Source: a virus (taxonomy: Duplodnaviria; Caudoviricetes). From it: a stretch of 56,313 nt of DNA. The stretch lies in IMG/VR virus record IMGVR_UViG_3300031788_000018, positions 1 through 56,313 of that record; one strand, given 5' to 3'. Position 1 is the stretch's first letter, and each line of letters starts with the position of its first letter. The notes beneath the pieces are model-generated. The model had not been told where the DNA came from and made no database searches. It saw nothing but the letters and a program-made list of their open reading frames with translations. Made by a program: the position numbers and the translations under genes. Below are positions 26,621 through 34,215 of the stretch, piece by piece.

Positions 26621-27541
26621 TTAGCCACCTAAACTTTTCAATAGTTTATGAGCTAAAACGATCTCCTCTTGGTAATACTGATTACCCTTGTTGTTGACTA
26701 TAAAAGTAGTTAGAACTTCTTTTTTCTTTCTATCTGAATAGTTTTTGAACATTTCTTTATTACTAAGAAACTGATCTTCACATTGTAATTCACTGAATAT
26801 TGATTCTGGATCCTTACAGTGTACATTACTATGTGTATCCATAGGAGATCCTGTAAGATCTTGATAAGTTAAGAACTTTTGCTCTATCAATACACGGACA
26901 TACCAATTATCATTTAACTGGAATACGTCCTGGAAGTCGCCCTTCATTTGCTTTCTAATGGCCCTAAAAAGGGTAGGACTCAATTTCTTAAATCCAAACT
27001 TCTCATGGTGCTCTACTAGGTCTTGTAGGTTCTCAGGAGGAACTTTAGGACCGTAGTACATTACGTAGGATTCATTCAATACGCCTTTGATGTTCTTGAA
27101 TTTCTGTTTACAAATTCTAACCAAGTCGTCCATGCGTTGTTTGAGGAATAAAGTGAAGTTAGCCTTGTTCTTATCTAAGATATCGCTAGCTTTAGGATTA
27201 TGACCCTTGTGCTTGAATTTAAAGAGACTTACAAAAGCCGCGTATTTCTCTGGGATAGTTTCAATTGAAAATAACCCAAGATAGCTGACTAGATGTACGT
27301 TGGCAATGCTGACAATATCTTCTCGCTCAAAGCCGGTAGCTCTGAACAGATTCCAGTAATAGTAGTAAGTAGAGGAGGTTACGTGACCAATAATGCCAGA
27401 GTATAGGGCTAGTTCTTCTTTGGAAGGATTAACATCCGTCTTTCTGAAGTACATATGCCTTATATAACACAACTCAAACTCGTCTTTAGTTGAGACTCTG
27501 TCTGAGCCCGCTTGTGGGCGTGTAACTTTTATGTTGCTCAT
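26621..27541 (-). CDS. Hypothetical protein, possible phage sigma-factor-like transcription regulator
   Basis: GFEREDIVSIANVHL resembles sigma region 2.1-2.2; weak support. Confidence 0.35.
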   Translation of the reverse strand: MSNIKVTRPQAGSDRVSTKDEFELCYIRHMYFRKTDVNPSKEELALYSGIIGHVTSSTYYYYWNLFRATGFEREDIVSIANVHLVSYLGLFSIETIPEKYAAFVSLFKFKHKGHNPKASDILDKNKANFTLFLKQRMDDLVRICKQKFKNIKGVLNESYVMYYGPKVPPENLQDLVEHHEKFGFKKLSPTLFRAIRKQMKGDFQDVFQLNDNWYVRVLIEQKFLTYQDLTGSPMDTHSNVHCKDPESIFSELQCEDQFLSNKEMFKNYSDRKKKEVLTTFIVNNKGNQYYQEEIVLAHKLLKSLGG

Positions 27542-27557
27542 ACAGAATCCTTAGGAC

Positions 27558-28601
27558 TTAAGCGTCCAGTTTAATAATCTCTTTCAAAATCGCATCAGCA
27601 AGTTTCTGATCGGTTTTGATAGCGTTGGCACATTCCATTTTGGACGACCATTTATGATCGCCAAAGAAATAGTTTCTCATGCCTTCTTTCTTAATTATAC
27701 CAGTGTTTGTTCCTAAAGTAAAGAGTTCTTCATGAGTATTAATAATTCCGTCTTTATAATCTAAAGTAAACACTCCCGCTCGACCGGCTGAGCCGATGGA
27801 GCTTTCCTCTAGTTTAACAAATATTTTATGACCTGTCAACAGTTTGTTTCCACGAGCATCTTTTATATCGTCTTCAAAAGAAATACCTTCCAAGTCTTTG
27901 CGATCTTCTGCGGCTCCTGCACGTTTGAGGCTGACGAAGTATTCAAAAGCATGCTTGGTAGCAAAAGACGATTGCATCTTCTCTTTTGGACCGTATGGTC
28001 CGGCGTCCATATTGGCGGTCATCTGCGCTGTACCTATGAGTAAAATACCATTACGTTTACAAAAAGGAACTAATTTAGAAAGACCATTTTTCAATGTAAG
28101 AGCCGCATCGCCCATTAAATGGGAAGTAACAGATTCTGCGCTTTCCCTTTTAACTCCAATAATATTGGAAATGGAGTCGATAATTATCATTTTCAGTGGC
28201 ATACCTTCTTCAACCCAAGATTTTATCGTGCCATCAATTCTGTCGAATATATCTGCCGGGCTATTGGTATCGTAAACAAAAAGGCGATCTTTATCTATGC
28301 TAGAGAAAACATTGGATTGCAAAGCCCCCCTGAGTTCGGTATTGAAGTAAATAGCGATTCCTTCGGGGTCTCTTTTTTGCATCTCTGCCACTAAAGCATA
28401 ACAAGACAGAGATTTTCCCGCTTTAGGGCTTGAGAAAAATAAAACTGACGCATTTTTTGGGATTCCATTAGATTTATTGGCGAAAATCCAATTGAAGAAC
28501 GGCGATGGAGTGTACATACAATTATCTGGAGCAAATGAGTCCGCTTCTAAATCTACTGAATCCTCAAAAGATCTTAATTGTTTCATCCATTTATTACTCA
28601 T
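27558..28601 (-). CDS. RecA/UvsX-like recombinase
   Basis: SSPKAGKS Walker A, YFNTE, IIIDSI; start MSNKW at 28601. Confidence 0.85.
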   Translation of the reverse strand: MSNKWMKQLRSFEDSVDLEADSFAPDNCMYTPSPFFNWIFANKSNGIPKNASVLFFSSPKAGKSLSCYALVAEMQKRDPEGIAIYFNTELRGALQSNVFSSIDKDRLFVYDTNSPADIFDRIDGTIKSWVEEGMPLKMIIIDSISNIIGVKRESAESVTSHLMGDAALTLKNGLSKLVPFCKRNGILLIGTAQMTANMDAGPYGPKEKMQSSFATKHAFEYFVSLKRAGAAEDRKDLEGISFEDDIKDARGNKLLTGHKIFVKLEESSIGSAGRAGVFTLDYKDGIINTHEELFTLGTNTGIIKKEGMRNYFFGDHKWSSKMECANAIKTDQKLADAILKEIIKLDA

Positions 28602-29574
28602 AGTTTTCTTCCTTTTTAGTATAGTAAGCAAAAGTCATACCACCAGCGGTTTTGGCGTACCCTCTTATTACTCTAGATATTGAACTACCATCTATATTAA
28701 GAGTCAAAGCCGCTTCCTTAATACTACCATATAATATATTAGTAGTCAAGCATATTACTGGCTTTCTATTTATTGTACCCATATTTATAGCTGAACTGAG
28801 TCTTTGACTATTAGTCTTTTTTTGTCTAACATCTGAGATATTGTCTGCTTTACATTTTCTTTTTGAATCTATAAATTCAAATTTCATACCTTTAGCTATA
28901 TTCGTATAGCCATTGCAAACGCAGTGGATAGATTGAACAGAAATATTCATGATTTTTGATGCCTCTATTAAACTTTCGAATATCTGTCCAGTATTTACAC
29001 ATTTAATCTTCAACGCTTTAGTTTTATTTAGCTTTAACATTGCTATTTTTACATTATTATTTCTAGTATTTATTCTATCATTCTTACGTTTTTCACTAGC
29101 TTCTCTAAGAGATTTATCTACATATTCAAAACTAAGACCACCAGCAGTATCGGTTAAACCTCTACAAACAGCAGATATATTCGTTCTATTAAGACTTAAC
29201 TTATCAGCAGCATCTTGTACGCTGCTGTACGATTCTCTAGTATTTTTACATATGACAGCTCTCATTCTTAGTTTTATAGCTTCATTTATTCCGCCAGTAC
29301 CACCTTTATGTTTATTATACCCATTTGGGCGAATAGTGTTCAGCTTATCTATCCAATATCTTTCTTTTTCTACTAATTCCTTTTTATCATTGACTATTTC
29401 TAAAGTAATATATGTAAAATTTTCTTTACTATACTGTTTTATAGCTTTTGTTAGAAAACTGTTGTTATTTCTATTAGCTGTTGTATGTTGTAAAAATCTA
29501 GCTTCCACTGTTCTTTTGGTAATTCCTACGTATTGTTTCTTATCTATTTTATTAGTTATACAATAAACGAACAT
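28594..29574 (-). CDS. GIY-YIG homing endonuclease with three NUMOD1-like repeats
   Basis: FVYCITNKIDKKQYVGIT...RF.QH; three V[IK]C.[NT]T...YxS..EAA..L.I...I..V..G repeats; inserted between uvsY and recA. Confidence 0.9.
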   Translation of the reverse strand: MFVYCITNKIDKKQYVGITKRTVEARFLQHTTANRNNNSFLTKAIKQYSKENFTYITLEIVNDKKELVEKERYWIDKLNTIRPNGYNKHKGGTGGINEAIKLRMRAVICKNTRESYSSVQDAADKLSLNRTNISAVCRGLTDTAGGLSFEYVDKSLREASEKRKNDRINTRNNNVKIAMLKLNKTKALKIKCVNTGQIFESLIEASKIMNISVQSIHCVCNGYTNIAKGMKFEFIDSKRKCKADNISDVRQKKTNSQRLSSAINMGTINRKPVICLTTNILYGSIKEAALTLNIDGSSISRVIRGYAKTAGGMTFAYYTKKEENYE

Positions 29575-29575
29575 A

Positions 29576-30127
29576 TTAATATTTTCCACCACTCGTCACA
29601 TATAAGTTACGGTCAGTCAGACCGCTTCGAATAATCATATCCATTTGTTTACGCATGTATCTTGTTACGTTTTCAATGACCTTAATTCTATTTTCTACAA
29701 AACTTTCAGTGGCATTCAATCGATCGAACAACTCTAAAGCTTCAATATATTCAGGATCTTTCATCAAGAAAGCGTTACGTAAGTCCGCATTATCCTGAGA
29801 CTTGGGTCTATCTTTCATGAATTCTGGATACTTATTGATCACGATCTCAGCTTTAATCAAATCTATCTGGCGCTGTACTTGTACTTTGCGATATCCTAAA
29901 GTGGTATGATGTCTCTTTAATTCGCGATATGACTCGTTGAAGGTGTGTTCTAAATCCGCATAAGTTATTGGATTAACGGTCTTAGCTTCTATAAATCTTG
30001 ACTCCGACTCCCTGGTCTTCGATAGATCCAATGAGAGGGCTGGCAAATTCCTGAAAGCAGGAATTGCCAGCGCCATTGAATCGCCTTGAGCTATAACCGG
30101 GCTGATTTTATTATCTTGCTCGCTCAT
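29576..30127 (-). CDS. Putative UvsY-like recombination mediator
   Basis: Helical protein with R.AFL..DPEY motif, between SSB and RecA. Confidence 0.5.
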   Translation of the reverse strand: MSEQDNKISPVIAQGDSMALAIPAFRNLPALSLDLSKTRESESRFIEAKTVNPITYADLEHTFNESYRELKRHHTTLGYRKVQVQRQIDLIKAEIVINKYPEFMKDRPKSQDNADLRNAFLMKDPEYIEALELFDRLNATESFVENRIKVIENVTRYMRKQMDMIIRSGLTDRNLYVTSGGKY

Positions 30128-30139
30128 GGCGTCCCTTTC

Positions 30140-31105
30140 TTACAATCCTAAAGAAGCGAGGAAATCCTCGTCGCTTTGTTCAGCTGCAGCAGCTACTGGA
30201 GTAGCTTTTGGAGCGACCTTCGTCACCTTAGGAGCTACTGGAGTAACTGTTACTGTAGTAGATTCTGATTCCGAATCCAATGAATCTTCGAAATCTTCCG
30301 ATGATTCTACAGATGAAGTTGCACTGGCGGTAGCGGTTTTAGATTTAGTTTCCAAAAGTTCATCTACGGCTTTTGCACCTTCAGTTACAATACGTTGAAC
30401 ATTTTCTGCGCTGATGGTCTTGAAAAGCTTCTCTAATTGAGCCGCTTCAGTACCAAGACGCGAGATGATTTCAGGAGTTAAAGTGTGAATCATTTCACGT
30501 TCAACCGTTCCGATGCCCTCAACCTTGATCTTTTCCTTAAGTACTTCCACTTGGAATGAAGTATCTAAACCATTTCCGGTACGTCGGAATACGAAGAAAC
30601 GACCGTTATCAGCACTTAAAGGGTCAACGCCTTCTTTTTCTAAACGCTTGATAGCTGAATCGAGCACTAATTTAGCTCGGTGGCGAAGACGTAGAATGCC
30701 GATGTTACCATGTTGGTCCATGGCATTTACGTAATGGTTAGAATCTAAATTGAAGTTTTTAAGCAACTTGCCGATTTTATCAACTGATGCTGTATCATTA
30801 GACTTTTTAGCCTTTTCGAATTCCGCTTTCAAAGTTTCGATACGCTCTAAAGCTGCATCTGGAACTTCTACCATCTTAGTAGCGCGATTAACTACTAATG
30901 GACTTTGGAATACACGCATCTTGCCAGCTGTATTCTTATAGCCGTAGTGAATCTTGTAGAACATGGACCATTTGCCTGATTCAGCTAAATCACCCATTGG
31001 AGGGAGAATACGGAAGACTTGTTCACCGTCTCGTAATTTCCACCAGTTACGTTTAATGAATTCAACGTTATTACTATATTTTGCTTTACCAATTTTCATT
31101 GTCAT
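30140..31105 (-). CDS. Single-stranded DNA-binding protein (T4 gp32-like)
   Basis: WKL..GE..FRILPP, DPLSADNGRFFVFRRTG.G.DT, acidic tail SDEDFLASLGL. Confidence 0.75.
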   Translation of the reverse strand: MTMKIGKAKYSNNVEFIKRNWWKLRDGEQVFRILPPMGDLAESGKWSMFYKIHYGYKNTAGKMRVFQSPLVVNRATKMVEVPDAALERIETLKAEFEKAKKSNDTASVDKIGKLLKNFNLDSNHYVNAMDQHGNIGILRLRHRAKLVLDSAIKRLEKEGVDPLSADNGRFFVFRRTGNGLDTSFQVEVLKEKIKVEGIGTVEREMIHTLTPEIISRLGTEAAQLEKLFKTISAENVQRIVTEGAKAVDELLETKSKTATASATSSVESSEDFEDSLDSESESTTVTVTPVAPKVTKVAPKATPVAAAAEQSDEDFLASLGL

Positions 31106-31151
31106 ATTATTTTTCCTTTGTTAGTTAGGCGATTAAATGCCCTATGGTTAA

Positions 31152-31180
31152 ATAATACCACAGGGCATTTCATTAGTCAA
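31152..31180 (-). promoter_or_regulatory. sigma70-type promoter TTGACT-17-TATTAT
   Basis: Minus strand ttgact aatgaaatgccctgtgg tattat. Confidence 0.6.
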
Positions 31181-31183
31181 CTA

Positions 31184-31951
31184 TTATTTAATTGAATTTC
31201 TGATAGTACCTAGAGCTGTCTCGACAGACTCAGGTCCACCGTCTTTAGCTTGAATCGCTCCGGTAACTTTCATACCTTTGAAAGGTTTACCAGTATGAAC
31301 TAAGAATACAGTAGGAGTCAATCGTTTTAAGGCAGGAATCAGAGTTGAAGCCAATTGGTCATCTTCTAGTCCGATAACCATTGGAGTTAGATTCAAAGCA
31401 TGCCCACGAGCAATTGCTTGAGGGACAATAGCTCTCATACCGTTAATCCCAATGATTTCAGGTCCAATTTGTTCCATAATGATTTCTCTAAGAAATGTCA
31501 CCAAATCATCCTTAGATGTAAGGCGCCGTTGATATTTGTTCTTGAAGATTAACATCGGATAACTATTAATGCCGATTTGCATAGCTTTATCTTCTAGATG
31601 TCTACCTACTACTTCCAATAGGTTTTGGTTAGCAGGTTTATTGACATATAGTTGCGGATTGATTCTAGATGCTAAATCATCGAAGAAGGCATTAAGTTCT
31701 GTTGAAAAGCAAGAGTATTTATCTTTAGCGGTTTCAACAAAAGTATCACGATGAGCACCGGTAACTACAACGAAAACACCGGTCTTTAGGAGTTCTCGTG
31801 AATATTGCTCTGTAAGTTCTTCTACTTTTACGATCGCGTTTCTTTTACGGTTACGTCGACTATTGAGTGTTTCAATAGCTCCCGCAGAGACATCTTCATC
31901 GGCGAAGACTTTTGCAGCCTTAAGATCTGCTAGTATTTTAGTTAATGACAT
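31184..31951 (-). CDS. Hypothetical protein (possibly degenerate P-loop fold)
   Basis: 255-aa ORF with AGGAG RBS. Confidence 0.6.
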   Translation of the reverse strand: MSLTKILADLKAAKVFADEDVSAGAIETLNSRRNRKRNAIVKVEELTEQYSRELLKTGVFVVVTGAHRDTFVETAKDKYSCFSTELNAFFDDLASRINPQLYVNKPANQNLLEVVGRHLEDKAMQIGINSYPMLIFKNKYQRRLTSKDDLVTFLREIIMEQIGPEIIGINGMRAIVPQAIARGHALNLTPMVIGLEDDQLASTLIPALKRLTPTVFLVHTGKPFKGMKVTGAIQAKDGGPESVETALGTIRNSIK

Positions 31952-31954
31952 ATA

Positions 31955-32227
31955 TTACTCCTTTAAGCTCCCGCTTATTGCTTGGTTAAACTCAGATAAT
32001 CGTTTTTGATGTTCGAAAATCTGTTTACGTTCTTCAAATTCTTCTTTAGTTATTTCTACTTCAAAATACCCATGAATTACTTCCGTGTTCGATCGTCCTG
32101 AAGGGACAACAAAATATCTTACATCTCCATTAGGCCAATCCCTATAGTCCGCTGACCAGAAATCTTTGCCTTCTAGCGTAAAGCAATCCATATCGTATCT
32201 ATTTCTGTATTCGTAACTTTCGACCAT
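31955..32227 (-). CDS. Hypothetical protein with tail variant (RLSEFNQAISGSLKE), no HREDGPA repeat
   Basis: ITKEEF...RLSEFNQAISGSLK. Confidence 0.7.
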   Translation of the reverse strand: MVESYEYRNRYDMDCFTLEGKDFWSADYRDWPNGDVRYFVVPSGRSNTEVIHGYFEVEITKEEFEERKQIFEHQKRLSEFNQAISGSLKE

Positions 32228-32306
32228 ATTATCTTTCCGTTCGAATAGATTTTGACCTAAAAGACAAGTTAAACTTGCTATTTAGCCACTTTTCTATTCG
32301 ATCGCA

Positions 32307-32543
32307 TTAGTTTATACCCAAGTAGGTTTTGAACTCTTTAATGGATTTAAACTTGCCTTCAAATGCAGCAAGTTCTTTTTTACCCATGTGGGTATTTTGG
32401 AAGCTCTTCTGTACGACTAATTTACCGTCAGCGCTAGAGAACTCAACGAATACTCTGCCATTGATCTCATTTTGAATCACCTTTAATGTCAATTCTTTGT
32501 CGATCTTCTTAGTTTTAGTTACTTTGCCGTAATCTGTTTTCAT
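32307..32543 (-). CDS. Hypothetical basic protein
   Basis: AGGAG RBS, own promoter. Confidence 0.65.
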   Translation of the reverse strand: MKTDYGKVTKTKKIDKELTLKVIQNEINGRVFVEFSSADGKLVVQKSFQNTHMGKKELAAFEGKFKSIKEFKTYLGIN

Positions 32544-32564
32544 TAGGTCTCCTAGGGTTATTTC

Positions 32565-32593
32565 AGTTTATCACATTTTATAATAGAAGTCAA
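32565..32593 (-). promoter_or_regulatory. sigma70-type promoter TTGACT-17-TAAACT
   Basis: Minus strand ttgact tctattataaaatgtga taaact. Confidence 0.6.
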
Positions 32594-33702
32594 TTAGTTT
32601 CAATCACTACATTCATTAAAGAGAGCTCTTGCCTGCCAACTCGTTTCTTCAGGAATAAAGTAGCTATGACGCCCTTTTTTAGTGCTTCAGGATAGTTCAA
32701 CTCACCGGAATTATAGTCGGGCCAAATGACGCGCTCGGATACATGTCCGTCAGCGTCTATGATAAGTTTTAAAGCTTTCTTGAGTCCTTTGGCGTAGGTA
32801 AATTCTTTAGCATCCGTAATGAAAGCGGTAACGGCCACGTACTTATCCTTTTGAATATCTTCCCCCGGTTGTTCGTCTAGCGCTTTTAGTTCGGCTCCAG
32901 TGAGCAAAATAGAACCATATCCATTTGCGCTTTGAACTCTAGGTACTTCGGCATGAGGCAAAATTACCTTAGAATGCTTTCTAGCTAAACTATGGAGATC
33001 AATAGGAAAACTAGGTAGAACAGCTTTCTTTAGAGCAGCATCCTGAATCGGGCTTAAGTTCAAGTATTCTTCTGGAATCTGGCCCTTTTTAGGTCCCGTA
33101 GCCCTTAGTTTTTTGCCATCTATACGTGCTTCTTCTTTCTTGACTTCGAACTTCTTTAATTCCAAAGCATCCTCATAGGCCTGAATTCTATCCAAGAACG
33201 TAAACTCTACAGGGAATAAGCTATCTAGAACTCCTACATGGATCAGACGTCTGGTAACACTATATCCTGCAACGTCTTTCTCAATGAATTCATGGATATC
33301 CTTATAAGGACGACCTTCGACTATTGGAGTAATAGTGGCTTCGCCGATCCCTCTTATTATTCCAAGCTTGGATCTGATCTTCTTAGATCTATAATCCACA
33401 ACCATGACGTCGGTAGACAGATTGATATCCGGTGGCAAAAGCATGTCTTTTACATAAGGCCAAAATTGGCCTGAGATCTCAGTTTCAGTCGCATTGGTCA
33501 GAATCGCAGTCCACCATTCTAGGGGATAAAAATGCTTTAAGAACATGCAAGCATAAGTGATGTAACTGTAACCTATTGAATGGATGCAATTATGAGCAAC
33601 AACGCCATTACTTAGTAAGAAGTTGTTTTTACTAGGCATTTCAATGTCATAAACATTCTGTAAGCCTATAGATTTTATGGATTTAATCTTTAATTTTCGC
33701 AT
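32590..33702 (-). CDS. dnaE: DNA polymerase III alpha, C-terminal part, preceded by split-intein C-fragment
   Basis: MRKLKIKSIKSIGLQNVYDIEM...NFLLSNGVVAHN then CIHSIGYS...LKHFYPLEWW, LLPPDINLS, IRGIG. Confidence 0.9.
   Translation of the reverse strand: MRKLKIKSIKSIGLQNVYDIEMPSKNNFLLSNGVVAHNCIHSIGYSYITYACMFLKHFYPLEWWTAILTNATETEISGQFWPYVKDMLLPPDINLSTDVMVVDYRSKKIRSKLGIIRGIGEATITPIVEGRPYKDIHEFIEKDVAGYSVTRRLIHVGVLDSLFPVEFTFLDRIQAYEDALELKKFEVKKEEARIDGKKLRATGPKKGQIPEEYLNLSPIQDAALKKAVLPSFPIDLHSLARKHSKVILPHAEVPRVQSANGYGSILLTGAELKALDEQPGEDIQKDKYVAVTAFITDAKEFTYAKGLKKALKLIIDADGHVSERVIWPDYNSGELNYPEALKKGVIATLFLKKRVGRQELSLMNVVIETN
33589..33702 (-). mobile_element. Split intein C-fragment (38 aa, blocks F/G)
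   Basis: VYDIE...NF...NGVVAHN followed by Cys+1. Confidence 0.9.
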
Positions 33703-33947
33703 ATAAAACTTTCTAATATCTCTGGCCATTTATCTTCATCTAAATCCCAGAATATCCACAACCGATATCCCAGTTCTTCAGCTATACTTTGTTTAATGAT
33801 ATCATTTTGTATATTTTTGTCAACCATTTTAATCAATTTATCACTATTAGACAAGGTGCACTTCAAGGCAATATGCTGTTTAAGGGTATTGGCAGTCACT
33901 TTTCTACCGCATTTGCAAATTACTGGTGGCTTATTATTCTTGGCCAT
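33690..33947 (-). CDS. Free-standing remnant of a Vsr/DUF559-like endonuclease between the two dnaE halves
   Basis: N-terminal CKC...H...C; ND..K...AEELGYRLWIFWD; different frame from dnaE; catalytic core appears missing. Confidence 0.6.
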   Translation of the reverse strand: MAKNNKPPVICKCGRKVTANTLKQHIALKCTLSNSDKLIKMVDKNIQNDIIKQSIAEELGYRLWIFWDLDEDKWPEILESFICEN

Positions 33948-34215
33948 AAAAGAATCCTAACTCTACCATCTCTTTAGCTGTCTTCCACAGCCCATTTTCA
34001 TCCATAAAAAGATGATCACTTGTGCATTTTATTAGACTTCCGTCTTCTAATTCTATTTCAAATACTTCTTTAATTCCCTGATCAAACCAATGTGAGGGGG
34101 ATTCGTATTTTACTTTATTATCATCGAGGTAGGCGATTTCCATTTTAGTTTCATAAGCTTCTTTGATAGTTCTAACACCTAATTTAGTCTGGATCAATTG
34201 ATCCTCGGTAAAACA
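33934..34215 (-). mobile_element. Split intein N-fragment (93 aa, blocks A/B)
   Basis: CFTEDQLIQT...VFEIELEDGSLIKCTSDHLF then stop. Confidence 0.9.

Noticed and set aside
33690-33947. Group I intron interrupting dnaE
   Set aside because: Both flanks carry clear intein blocks and the gap is fully occupied by an overlapping ORF, leaving no room for a ribozyme core.
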